Of a DNA stretch of 64,000 nt, positions 28,118 to 36,960 are shown in pieces (within the stretch, counting starts at the first letter, position 1; the number at the start of each line of letters is the position of its first letter). The notes under the pieces are model-generated. The model was not told the origin of the DNA. It ran no database searches and saw only the letters and a list, made by a program, of their open reading frames with translations. A program made the translations under genes and the position numbers. Source of the stretch: an uncultured Pseudomonadota bacterium (GTDB taxonomy: Bacteria; Pseudomonadota; Alphaproteobacteria; Rs-D84). Location: contig CACZJK010000001.1 in assembly GCA_902781465.1 (NCBI GenBank), positions 221,242 to 285,241 on the forward strand, given 5' to 3'.

Positions 28118-30385
28118 TTAATGCAAAGGTTCCAATATTTTTATTTCATTAGTATTTGGATTTAAAATCCTTGGGGTGCCGGCATATCCCATAATCGCAT
28201 GATGTTGTGGAATTAAAAATTCAGGTAATGGGGACGCTTCGCCCATTGATACTTTTTCAAACAATTTCTTTTGAATAGAGGTTTTGTTAAGGAAATAACG
28301 TTCTTGGTCTGCTTCGATTGGACGATGATACCAACCCTGGTAAATAACGATTTGTTTTCCTTCTTTTAATTTCATAATATCCATTTCTGTATAAAGCGGT
28401 TCTTCTTTTGGAACTTCGACTTCTTTACCATCTTTGTTTTCCGTCTTCTTAGTCATTTTAAGTCCCATCATATTTGAAAATCTTTGCGCGGTTTCTGGAT
28501 CGTTTTGACGCAATACGATTTTAGCAGCAGTTGTAGATATAATAGTTGATGCGGCGTCTTCACCATATCTTTCGCGAATCTGGTGAATATCTTGGCCAAT
28601 AATTAAATAAGATACTTTGCATCCGCGCCCAAGGTCTGGCCCCTGGATAACAGCATCCAATTTTTGCATCTTTGGCATTTCGTCCAGTACGAATAATACA
28701 GGACACGGACCAACGCGTTGACCGTCAACCAGTGTATCTGGTGTGTGCGCCAATAAATAACTGGACATCAATTCAATGAATATTGCAGTAATAGGATTAA
28801 CCGCTTGGGCATCAACAAGGTTTACTGATAAATACACAGTAACAGGTTTAATTTTGCCGTCTTTTGGGTCTTTGATTCCGCGCAAATCGGCAAAGTGGAA
28901 ATCAGAGTGCGATGTTCTGTTGCGAACGGCGGCATTACGGAATATCGCTAAACCTTCCATCATAGTTGAAAGAATAGAGCCGCGTTCTTTATCCGGAGTG
29001 TTTGCCAATTGGGTCAATTCAGATACAGCGCGATTGGCGTATGCATAACGGCGTGCTTCTTCTACTGCTTTTAATAACAAATCTTTCATTGGGTCGGACA
29101 TCATAACCATCTGGTCGCCTTGGCGTCTGCGTTCTTCCATTTGTTCGGCAATTGCAACCTGTGATGAGGTCAGCCAATCAAGAATCATTGAAAAAGATGC
29201 TTCGTGACCACGCCATGCATCTGGAATATTTGCCCATGTTCCAACGTGGACATAGTTTGTAGTGTTCAATTCACCTTTTTGTAATAATGAATATGCAGCG
29301 TATGCATTTGGATCATTCATCATTGATAAATAATAATCGCCCAATACCGCCGCATCATCATTATTAAATGTTCCATTCATAATACGCGCATAAAAGTAAT
29401 CGTCGGCCTTGGCACGTTCAACCTTGGATACTATGAAATTCACCAAACCTGATAAACCGGCGCGACCAGTGTTTGCCCAGTGTGGGTCTGCGCTGCCAGA
29501 TTTGGCATCTGGAACCAAAACCTTACAAATCGCATCAATATACAAATCGCGTTGTTCAGGATTGTATGGAATATGATCTGGGGACAATGGGTTCCAAGAT
29601 GGATAATATATTCCGCGTTCTGGATCATCCTGACCCGCCCAGTTCATAATAAACACAGGTCCAATCGTTGCACGATATGCAGATGTTTTCTGTTTTAATT
29701 CTGGTTTAGGGTCATTGATAATCATTGATACAGTGTCGCAATCAAGAATTGTTGGAATAACAACGCCCGCAGTTTTACCGGTTCCTGGAGGTGCCACGCA
29801 TAATGCAGATAAACTTTCGTCAAACATCAATGCAGTTTGTTTGCCTTTATATTTAAAGTACCCAAGCACCATCATAAAGCCATTAAACAAACCTTCTTTA
29901 TTTTTATAGTTTGTTCCCATTTGTTTAATATCATCAGCAGTAGCTTTGCGTGAAGATTTTTCATCGTATTTATCTTTGCTGTGTGGATTAAATTCAGATT
30001 TGAAAGTTGAATCTGCCAAAAAATAATATCCCAATATTGGTAATAATGGTGTAATTGATGCAATATCAGGGTGTTGCATTGTGCGGACAATCCAATATGG
30101 AACCTCTGCAATTGCAGAAAGGCCGAAAGTCAAAAATAAATTTTTACAATATAGGTAAACCCAATGTTCACTGGCCGGGCCCCAACCATAACGCCATACA
30201 TGTTCAACCGCAAAAGACAATCCAAACAAAAGTGCGCATATCAACCAAATACCAACATCCCAGCGCATTTCCCAAAATTTTCGCGCCATTGGTGTCTGTT
30301 CGTGTTCTTTGTATGCGCTGGATTCAAAGATTTTTAATCCTTTGCCAGAACCACTTGCCGATAAAATGTTGAACTTTATTGCCAT
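28118..30385 (-). CDS. virD4: Type IV secretion system coupling protein VirD4/TraG family
   Basis: N-terminal TM helices. Walker A (PPGTGKTAGVVIPT). Walker B-like (VLFVLDEMPKM). TraG/VirD4 all-alpha and nucleotide-binding domains. Start placed at ATG 30385 (MAIKFN), behind a TGATATAAT -10 motif on the minus strand. The ORF track extends to 30427. Confidence 0.8.
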   Translation of the reverse strand: MAIKFNILSASGSGKGLKIFESSAYKEHEQTPMARKFWEMRWDVGIWLICALLFGLSFAVEHVWRYGWGPASEHWVYLYCKNLFLTFGLSAIAEVPYWIVRTMQHPDIASITPLLPILGYYFLADSTFKSEFNPHSKDKYDEKSSRKATADDIKQMGTNYKNKEGLFNGFMMVLGYFKYKGKQTALMFDESLSALCVAPPGTGKTAGVVIPTILDCDTVSMIINDPKPELKQKTSAYRATIGPVFIMNWAGQDDPERGIYYPSWNPLSPDHIPYNPEQRDLYIDAICKVLVPDAKSGSADPHWANTGRAGLSGLVNFIVSKVERAKADDYFYARIMNGTFNNDDAAVLGDYYLSMMNDPNAYAAYSLLQKGELNTTNYVHVGTWANIPDAWRGHEASFSMILDWLTSSQVAIAEQMEERRRQGDQMVMMSDPMKDLLLKAVEEARRYAYANRAVSELTQLANTPDKERGSILSTMMEGLAIFRNAAVRNRTSHSDFHFADLRGIKDPKDGKIKPVTVYLSVNLVDAQAVNPITAIFIELMSSYLLAHTPDTLVDGQRVGPCPVLFVLDEMPKMQKLDAVIQGPDLGRGCKVSYLIIGQDIHQIRERYGEDAASTIISTTAAKIVLRQNDPETAQRFSNMMGLKMTKKTENKDGKEVEVPKEEPLYTEMDIMKLKEGKQIVIYQGWYHRPIEADQERYFLNKTSIQKKLFEKVSMGEASPLPEFLIPQHHAIMGYAGTPRILNPNTNEIKILEPLH

Positions 30386-30392
30386 GATTGAT

Positions 30393-30401
30393 ATTATATC
30401 A
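30393..30401 (-). promoter_or_regulatory. Extended -10 (TGATATAAT) 7 nt upstream of the virD4 ATG: leaderless-type promoter
   Basis: Read on the minus strand the sequence is tttttATGATATAATatcaatcATGGCA. It matches the window's recurring TTTTGTGATATAAT motif with one mismatch, and there is no SD. Confidence 0.4.
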
Positions 30402-30438
30402 TAAAAAGAAACCTTTTTATACACCAAAGATTAAAAAA

Positions 30439-31095
30439 ATGAAAAATATACCAAGAATATTTATAAATGAAGATATAGAATCTGGAAAATCAATATCTGT
30501 TGATAAAGATACTGTTCATTATTTGCGGCATGTAATGCGCCGGGATGATTGTTTTGTATTTAATAATGGAGATGAATATATCGCCAAATTATCTGATGAT
30601 AACAAATATATGATAATAGGGGACAAGACAGATCATATTGACCCAAGCAATGATTTAACACTTTATTTTGCCCCAATTAAAAAGATAGATGAATTGATAA
30701 ATATGGCAACCCAGATGGGGGTCGGGACCTTTGTCCCGGTTATAACCAATCGCACAGTTGCGAATCATATAAATTGGAACCGTATAAGAAAGATTATGAT
30801 AGAGGCCGCTGAACAATCAAATCGCAACAGTGTTCCAAAATTGCAAGAACCTGTAAAATTTGACGATTTAGATTTGTCTGGTTTAATTGTTGCAGATGAA
30901 AGATTTGCGCATGGCAAAGAATTAAATTCTGAAACAGTTTATGGTAAAAGATTACTGGTTGGGCCAGAGGGTGGCTTTTCTGATTCTGAATTTGAAAAAA
31001 TGGATGCGGCAGGTGTTATAGGTTTATCACTTGGTAAAACAATTTTGCGTGCAGAAACTGCTGCTGTGGTTGCTATATCAAAGGTGTTGGGATAA
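30439..31095 (+). CDS. rsmE: 16S rRNA (uracil1498-N3)-methyltransferase RsmE
   Basis: N-terminal PRIFI...HYLRHVMR PUA-like segment and a C-terminal SPOUT fold (GPEGGFSDSE). The ORF track starts at 30388, which would overlap the virD4 start; ATG 30439 (MKNIPRIF) is preferred. Confidence 0.75.
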   Translation: MKNIPRIFINEDIESGKSISVDKDTVHYLRHVMRRDDCFVFNNGDEYIAKLSDDNKYMIIGDKTDHIDPSNDLTLYFAPIKKIDELINMATQMGVGTFVPVITNRTVANHINWNRIRKIMIEAAEQSNRNSVPKLQEPVKFDDLDLSGLIVADERFAHGKELNSETVYGKRLLVGPEGGFSDSEFEKMDAAGVIGLSLGKTILRAETAAVVAISKVLG

Positions 31096-31793
31096 TGGGT
31101 ATCAGATTGGCTAAATTTATTGCTGATTGTGGTGTTGCGTCAAGACGTGCCGCCGAAGAATTGATTACACAAGGCGCTGTTTCTGTAAATGGAAAAATGA
31201 TAGATACGCCAGTATTTTTTGTGGAAGATTCTGATAAAGTTTCTGTCAATGGTTGCGAAATAAACAAAAATGAAGATATAAAAGTATATGCTTTTTACAA
31301 ACCTATAAATACAATGACAACAGCTCGCGATCCAATGGGCCGAAAAACAATTTATGATGTGTTGGACAAGAAATACAAAAATTTAAAATATATTGGTCGA
31401 TTAGATTTCAAAACTACTGGTTTATTACTGATGACTAATAATGGTGATTTTGCGCGTAAAATGTCTTTGCCACAAAATCATATTGAACGTACCTATATCG
31501 CAACTGTTGATAAATATACAAAGCAAGCGTTAGATATTGCCCGACGTGGCATTTGTGTTGATGGAATAAATTATCGCCCTATGAAAATAGAAGAAATAGA
31601 TGAACATAATTTAAGAATAACTGTTGTCGAAGGAAAAAAGAACGAAATTCGCATTGTTTTGAAATACATAGGTTCGCCAGTAAAGGCTCTGCATCGTATT
31701 TCTTATGGTCCAATTAAGATTGAAAATATGAAACCAAAAGAAATTTTAGAAATAGACAAGAAAACGATTGACCTGATGCTGAAAAATTTCTAA
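31095..31793 (+). CDS. Pseudouridine synthase, RsuA/RluB family (S4 domain + catalytic domain)
   Basis: S4 RNA-binding N-terminus (RLAKFIADCGVASRRAAEELI). Catalytic Asp motif GRLDFKTTGLLLMTNNG. Confidence 0.8.
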   Translation: MGIRLAKFIADCGVASRRAAEELITQGAVSVNGKMIDTPVFFVEDSDKVSVNGCEINKNEDIKVYAFYKPINTMTTARDPMGRKTIYDVLDKKYKNLKYIGRLDFKTTGLLLMTNNGDFARKMSLPQNHIERTYIATVDKYTKQALDIARRGICVDGINYRPMKIEEIDEHNLRITVVEGKKNEIRIVLKYIGSPVKALHRISYGPIKIENMKPKEILEIDKKTIDLMLKNF

Positions 31794-31822
31794 AATCACA
31801 TTAACAGGGAAGGGAGATTTTT

Positions 31823-32782
31823 ATGAAAAAAATAAAAAATACCAAAAAAGTAAAATCAACAAATGTTGCCAGAAAGTCTGCAGTTGCTGAAAATTGTTCA
31901 AATGTGTGGTCTTGGTCAATATATGCATATTGGTTTATAATTTTGTTCTTTATTGCTTCGACATTTTATATCTTGGGACGCAGTCATGAATTTATGCACC
32001 CACGTACAAATGTTGTTGTAACCGAAGAAGTGTTGGCTGGGCCTGATGCATATATCGAAAGCGCAAAGGCTAAATTGGTTGCTGGTGATATGGAAGCGGC
32101 AGTTGCAGATTTAAATGCCGCGATTGATGCGAATGCCGCATCAAATACATATACTTTGCGTGGCGAAGCATATATGCAAATGGGTGATTATCAAAAAGCG
32201 TTAAGTGATTTTGATTCAGCTATTGAAGTTGATGGTATGAACGCTGTTGCTTTCTATGACAGATCTTTGTTAAACACACGTCTTGAAAATTATGATGCAG
32301 CATTGACAGATATCAATAATGCCTTGGCAGCACAGTCTATGAAACCAAGTGATGTTTTGAATTTGCGTGATTTGTATGCTAAACGTGGTCAATTGAATTT
32401 ATGGTTGAAAAATTGGCAGGGTGCAATTGGTGATTATACAAATTCACTTGCCCGTAACGAAGGCAGCGTTTCCGCAAATGTTTATGCAGAACGTGCAGAA
32501 GCATACACAGCAATTGGTGAATACGAAAACGCAATTAACGATTATACGTCTGCCGTTCGTGTAATTTCTGAACAGATTCAGGCTGCACCAAGTCAAGAAA
32601 TGCGTGAATCTCAATCAAGTAACGCGATGTCTTATTTTGAAAAGTCTGCGGCCTTGAATTTGAATTTGGGTAATACAGACGCGGCCAAGACAGATTTGGA
32701 ATCTGCATTTGCGATTGCGACGGCTTTGAATGATGAAGAAAGTATGTCGCGAATCCAAAACTTGATAAATGGTTTGAATTAA
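31823..32782 (+). CDS. TPR-repeat protein with N-terminal TM anchor
   Basis: One TM helix followed by about 7 TPR-like repeats (repeated A..Y..G.Y..A...). AGGGAG RBS. Confidence 0.65.
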   Translation: MKKIKNTKKVKSTNVARKSAVAENCSNVWSWSIYAYWFIILFFIASTFYILGRSHEFMHPRTNVVVTEEVLAGPDAYIESAKAKLVAGDMEAAVADLNAAIDANAASNTYTLRGEAYMQMGDYQKALSDFDSAIEVDGMNAVAFYDRSLLNTRLENYDAALTDINNALAAQSMKPSDVLNLRDLYAKRGQLNLWLKNWQGAIGDYTNSLARNEGSVSANVYAERAEAYTAIGEYENAINDYTSAVRVISEQIQAAPSQEMRESQSSNAMSYFEKSAALNLNLGNTDAAKTDLESAFAIATALNDEESMSRIQNLINGLN

Positions 32783-32791
32783 AAAATAAAA

Positions 32792-32820
32792 AAATCCGTC
32801 GTTTCGGCGGATTTTTTTTG
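32792..32820 (+). terminator. Rho-independent terminator (atccgtcgtttcggcggatttttttt)
   Basis: GC hairpin followed by a T8 run after the TPR gene. Confidence 0.7.
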
Positions 32821-32993
32821 ACTTTTATATATAAAAGTATTAAAATAATCAACATGATTTATAAATTATTTATTTTGACATTGACTACTACAACCCCTTT
32901 GGGGGTCTAATGTTTTTATTTGCGCAAAAATATCGCGCGTATTATAATCAAGCAAGCAATTAAATAAGAATATATATAAAAAGAAGGTAAATT

Positions 32994-34727
32994 ATGTCTT
33001 ATCCAATAGAAACAGTTCGTCATTCGCTGGCTCACGTAATGGCGGCAGCAGTTCAAAAATTATATCCAGATGTTAAATTTGCAGGTGGTCCTGCTATCGA
33101 AAATGGTTTTTATTATGATTTCGATACAGAACATCGTTTCAGTGAAGAAGACTTTGCGGCAATCGAAAAAGAAATGAAATCTTTGATTAAATCAGACGGT
33201 CGTTTTGATAAACGCGAAATCTCGCTGGCCGAAGCAAAAGAAATTTTCAAAAACCAACCTTATAAAATGGAATGGTTAAACGAATACGACGCAAATGGCG
33301 AAGTGTTATCAATTTATACTTTCCGTGATTTTACAGATTTATGTCGTGGGCCGCACGTGGCCAGCAGTAAAGATTTACCGCGCGATGGTTTCAAAATTCG
33401 TAATGTTGCAGGCGCTTATTGGAAAGGCGATTCTAAGAATAAAATGTTGCAACGTATTTATGTTGATGCATTTGAAAGCGCAGAAGCATTAAGTGAATTC
33501 TTGAAAATGCAAGAAGAAGCCGCCGCACGCGATAACAGAAAACTGGGTAAAGATATGGATTTGTTCCATTTTGAACCTGAATATGCACCGGGTGCAGTAT
33601 TTTGGCACGATAAAGGTTATAAAATTTATCGTAAATTGATTGAATATATTCGCGCACGCCAAGAAAGGGCAGGTTATCAAGAAATTTCTACGCCTTCTGT
33701 AATGGACAGATGTTTATGGGAACGTTCTGGACATTGGGCTAAATATGGCGCACATAATTATTCAGGTACAACACAAGACGGTAAAGTTTTCTGTGTAAAA
33801 CCTATGTCTTGCCCTGGTGGTATGTTGGTATTTGGCAACGGTATGAAATCTTATAAAGATTTGCCATTGTATTTGGCTGAATTTGGTAAAGTAAATCGTT
33901 ACGAAGCAGCCGGTGCTTTGTCTGGTTTGATGCGTGTTCGTGAATTTACCCAAGACGATGCACATATTTTCTGCACAGAAGAACAATTGGAAGAAGAAGT
34001 TGTAAAAATCTTGCGCTTTATCAAAGATATTTATAACAAATTCGGATTTGAAAAAATCACGATGAAATTGGCAACGCGTCCTTTGTCTGAATTCCGTATT
34101 GGTTCTGACGAGGTTTGGGACAAAGCAGAAGGCGCGCTTAAAAATGCATTGGATAAAAACGGCATTGAATATGAAATTGCTGAAAATGATGCGGCATTTT
34201 ATGGCCCAAAAATCGATAATTATTTGAAAGATTCTATGGGGCGCGTATGGCAATGTGGAACTGTCCAATTGGATATGAATTTGCCAGAAAGATTTGATTT
34301 ATCTTATGTTGGCGAAGATGGTGAAAAACATCGTCCAATTATGTTGCATCGCGCTATGTTGGGGTCTATTGAAAGATTTATGGGAATCTTGTTGGAATCT
34401 ACGGGTGGTAATTTGCCATTGTGGTTGTCCCCAGAACCTGTCGTGGTTGTTCCTGTATCTGAAAAATACAAAGACTATGCGAACGCAGTTGTTGAACAAT
34501 TGCGTAATAACGGCATAATCGCACGTGCAGATTTGCGCGATGAAAAAGTAAATTACAAAGTTCGTGAATTGTCTTTATCAAAGACACCGATTATTGCGGT
34601 TGTTGGTGAAAAAGAAATGAACGACAAAACGGTTACACTGCGCCATTTGGGTAAAGAAGGACAAGAGGTTAAACCTTTGTCTGAATTTATCGAATTCATG
34701 GCAAACGCAGTTAAAATGCCGTTATAA
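32994..34727 (+). CDS. thrS: Threonine--tRNA ligase (lacking the N-terminal TGS/N1 domain)
   Basis: Second additional domain (HSLAHVMAAAVQKLYP). Class II catalytic core (motifs 1-3, FRVREFTQDDAHIF). C-terminal anticodon-binding domain. 577 aa versus about 640 for full-length forms. Confidence 0.9.
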   Translation: MSYPIETVRHSLAHVMAAAVQKLYPDVKFAGGPAIENGFYYDFDTEHRFSEEDFAAIEKEMKSLIKSDGRFDKREISLAEAKEIFKNQPYKMEWLNEYDANGEVLSIYTFRDFTDLCRGPHVASSKDLPRDGFKIRNVAGAYWKGDSKNKMLQRIYVDAFESAEALSEFLKMQEEAAARDNRKLGKDMDLFHFEPEYAPGAVFWHDKGYKIYRKLIEYIRARQERAGYQEISTPSVMDRCLWERSGHWAKYGAHNYSGTTQDGKVFCVKPMSCPGGMLVFGNGMKSYKDLPLYLAEFGKVNRYEAAGALSGLMRVREFTQDDAHIFCTEEQLEEEVVKILRFIKDIYNKFGFEKITMKLATRPLSEFRIGSDEVWDKAEGALKNALDKNGIEYEIAENDAAFYGPKIDNYLKDSMGRVWQCGTVQLDMNLPERFDLSYVGEDGEKHRPIMLHRAMLGSIERFMGILLESTGGNLPLWLSPEPVVVVPVSEKYKDYANAVVEQLRNNGIIARADLRDEKVNYKVRELSLSKTPIIAVVGEKEMNDKTVTLRHLGKEGQEVKPLSEFIEFMANAVKMPL

Positions 34728-34776
34728 AAATCAGGGGGCGAAATATTTCGCCCCCTTAAAGACAAGGAAAGAAATC

Positions 34777-34917
34777 ATGAAAAAAATCGCTATATTACTT
34801 GCACTTACATCGTTGGTTGTTTGTGTCGCTGGGTGCTGCAAATGTGAAAATGAACCTGTTATCGAAACAAATCATAAATTGATAGTTCCTCCTAATTTCG
34901 GAAATATGCCAAAATAA
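34777..34917 (+). CDS. Small predicted lipoprotein (46 aa) not in ORF track
   Basis: MKKIAILLALTSLVVCVAGCCKCENEPVIETNHKLIVPPNFGNMPK. AAGGAAAG RBS. Lipobox VAGC. Below the 60-aa cutoff of the ORF track. Confidence 0.35.
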   Translation: MKKIAILLALTSLVVCVAGCCKCENEPVIETNHKLIVPPNFGNMPK

Positions 34918-34930
34918 TTTTGGTTTGGGC

Positions 34931-34947
34931 TTTTTTTGTGATATAAT
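34931..34947 (+). promoter_or_regulatory. Extended -10 promoter motif TTTTTTTGTGATATAAT
   Basis: Third exact copy of the motif, about 30 nt upstream of the SPOR-domain gene start, with a GGGGGGA RBS in between. Confidence 0.5.
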
Positions 34948-34978
34948 ACATTTATCATGAAAAAATAGGGGGGACATT

Positions 34979-35734
34979 ATGGACCAAGATCAAGAATTAG
35001 ATTTATTAGATTTAGAAGAAGAAGCATCGGCGGTTGACACTTTGCCAGAGGCAACGCCTTTTACAACACCACGTCCAAAAAAGCCATGGCTTTTAATGGG
35101 GTTGGGTGTTGCGGTTATCGTATTGGCAACATGGATTATCGTTGCACGCGTGGGCGGTGATTCTGGGACAACTGTGAATATAGATTTAGATACACCGGTC
35201 CAAAAGGCAGATGTTGCACCACAACCTGTGGCTGATTTAAATGTTCCTGCGAAACCTGTTGAGGTTGCGCCACAACCAAAACCAGCGCCAGTGGCACAGG
35301 TTAAACCACAACCAGCACCAGCAGAAGCAAAACCTGTTGAATCAAATGGTGCACCTGTTCGTGTGGTCAGCGACAGAAAAGAAGTGACATTTAATCCGGA
35401 TAAAGAAGCGGCAAAACCTGCGGCAAAGCCTGTGATAAAACCTGCGGCGAAATCTGCACCAAAGGTGGCACCAAAGCCAGTTGCATCAACAAACGGCGGC
35501 GTTTATGTTCAATTTGGATCTTATGGAACACGTGCTGCGGCACAAAGCGCAGAACAAAAATTGCGTGCATCACACAGCAGTTTATTCAGTGGCAAACAAT
35601 TTGTTATCTTGGCGGCCCAGGTCAAAGGCCAAACAACATACAGATTGCGCGTAGCGTTCCAAAATGCAAATGATGCAAACGGATTTTGCAGAAATGCGAA
35701 ATCGGACGGCCTGGATTGCTATGTCACAAAATAA
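34979..35734 (+). CDS. SPOR-domain (septal peptidoglycan-binding) protein
   Basis: Acidic N-terminus, one TM helix, a Pro/Ala/Lys-rich low-complexity linker, and a C-terminal SPOR-like domain (GGVYVQFGSYGTRAAAQ...YRLRVAF). Confidence 0.65.
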   Translation: MDQDQELDLLDLEEEASAVDTLPEATPFTTPRPKKPWLLMGLGVAVIVLATWIIVARVGGDSGTTVNIDLDTPVQKADVAPQPVADLNVPAKPVEVAPQPKPAPVAQVKPQPAPAEAKPVESNGAPVRVVSDRKEVTFNPDKEAAKPAAKPVIKPAAKSAPKVAPKPVASTNGGVYVQFGSYGTRAAAQSAEQKLRASHSSLFSGKQFVILAAQVKGQTTYRLRVAFQNANDANGFCRNAKSDGLDCYVTK

Positions 35735-35750
35735 ACCAAAGGGGTAAAAT

Positions 35751-35936
35751 ATGCGTAGTGGTATTTGGGAAATAGTTTTAATAGTTATTTTGATTTTGAT
35801 ATTGTTTGGGTCTGCAAAAATTCCTGCGATGATGAAAAATGTTGCAAATGGAATCAAGACTTTCAAAAAAGAAGTCAAAGAAGAACCAAAGCCAGTTGCC
35901 AAGAAAAAAGCACCGGCAAAAAAGAAATCAAAATAA
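35751..35936 (+). CDS. tatA: Sec-independent protein translocase TatA/E
   Basis: 61 aa. N-terminal TM followed by an amphipathic helix (IWEIVLIVILILILFGSAKIPAMMKNVANGIKTFKKE). tatB and tatC lie elsewhere at 45.7 kb. Confidence 0.75.
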   Translation: MRSGIWEIVLIVILILILFGSAKIPAMMKNVANGIKTFKKEVKEEPKPVAKKKAPAKKKSK

Positions 35937-35961
35937 GTTATAAAATTTATTTGTAATAAAA

Positions 35962-35987
35962 ACACTGGCGGATGCCGGTGTTTTTTG
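35962..35987 (+). terminator. Rho-independent terminator (acactggcggatgccggtgttttttgtt)
   Basis: 8-bp stem with GGAT loop plus a T-run after tatA. Immediately precedes leader RNA copy B. Confidence 0.65.
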
Positions 35988-35997
35988 TTAGAATAAT

Positions 35998-36188
35998 TTT
36001 GTCAGCAAGAGTTTTGTTGATGGGGACTACAAACCTCTGAACACACAGCGTCCAAGATGACGTTAAATCTCCAACCAAGATGGTTGGAGGGTCGCGAATA
36101 TATTGAATAAGCGCGCAATTTCTGTGTGAATTGTTTGTAGCCTCCAACCGCCCTTGAATTATAAGTGCGGTTTTTTCATTGATGAAAA
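35998..36188 (+). ncRNA. Conserved structured leader RNA, copy B (candidate riboswitch/attenuator)
   Basis: TTTGTCAGCAAGAGTTTTGTTGATGGGG, then hairpin CGTCC..GACG, hairpin CTCCAACCA-AGA-TGGTTGGAG, hairpin GCGCG-AATATATTGAATAA-CGCGC, and CCTCCAACCGCC-loop-GTGCGGTTTTTTC (terminator-like), followed by TTTTCATTGATGAAAA and then GGGAGG and the ATG at 36202. Confidence 0.6.
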
Positions 36189-36201
36189 CGGGAGGAAAAA
36201 C

Positions 36202-36954
36202 ATGAAACGAATCGCGCTTTTTATATTTGGTATATTTATATGTACGATTGTACACGCAGAAAATATAAACATTGATTGGAAGGTTGATGGTAATATATAT
36301 GATACCACAATTTGTACGCCAGGAGATTCAATAACTCCCCCACATGCACCGAGTAAATATGGATATCATTTTGAAAAATGGCAGGAAGTTTTCTATCGTG
36401 GAACCTTTAAAAATTTTTATGCAATTCCGGAAGATTCATCATTATACGTATCTGACATTAATGGAAATACAGTACCACAAAACAATGATTATTTAATTAT
36501 TGATGATGCATCAGATTATGCGACAAGTTATGCAGAAATTACATATAAAAACATAACTAATTATAAAAAGGGTGGTGTAACATTTACGCATTTTGATAAT
36601 TATACTGGAGAAACCACAACTCGAACCGTTTCGTTTGGCTTGCAAGGATGGTATTCTCCAACAAGAACTGTTAATGATCCCGTCGAATTTAATGGTCGAA
36701 TCCTTTTTTACGTGACCGCTGGTAGTAATGAAATATATATTGTTCCAACAGAAACATTAATTGTTAATGGTTCGGTTTCTGCCACTGATAAATCAACAAT
36801 GATTATAAACGGTTATGCGAATGTCGGTGCTATTGGAAAGATTTTATTTGGCAATCAATTTCTGTCTGGGCGTTGGCGTTTTTCCTATGATGGCACATGG
36901 GCTGATAACGGCAAGTTGGGATGGAAAGCAGATTATCAAATAACCCAAAAGTAA
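36202..36954 (+). CDS. Secreted protein P1 (cassette copy 1), hypothetical
   Basis: Signal peptide MKRIALFIFGIFICTIVHA. GGGAGG RBS. Clear paralog of the minus-strand ORF 49671-50414 (shared blocks PxxPTKYGYxFxxWxxVFYRGTF and GW...RWxxxYxGxW). The ORF track begins upstream at 36154. Confidence 0.6.
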   Translation: MKRIALFIFGIFICTIVHAENINIDWKVDGNIYDTTICTPGDSITPPHAPSKYGYHFEKWQEVFYRGTFKNFYAIPEDSSLYVSDINGNTVPQNNDYLIIDDASDYATSYAEITYKNITNYKKGGVTFTHFDNYTGETTTRTVSFGLQGWYSPTRTVNDPVEFNGRILFYVTAGSNEIYIVPTETLIVNGSVSATDKSTMIINGYANVGAIGKILFGNQFLSGRWRFSYDGTWADNGKLGWKADYQITQK

Positions 36955-36960
36955 TAAAAA

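Noticed and set aside
33762-34268. 168-aa ORF antisense to thrS
   Set aside because: It overlaps the conserved ThrRS catalytic core with no independent support.
34733-34756. Hairpin agggggcgaaatatttcgccccct after thrS as a terminator
   Set aside because: The stem is perfect but there is no downstream T-run on the plus strand. It may be a weak or rho-dependent terminator, or structural only, so it was not given terminator status.
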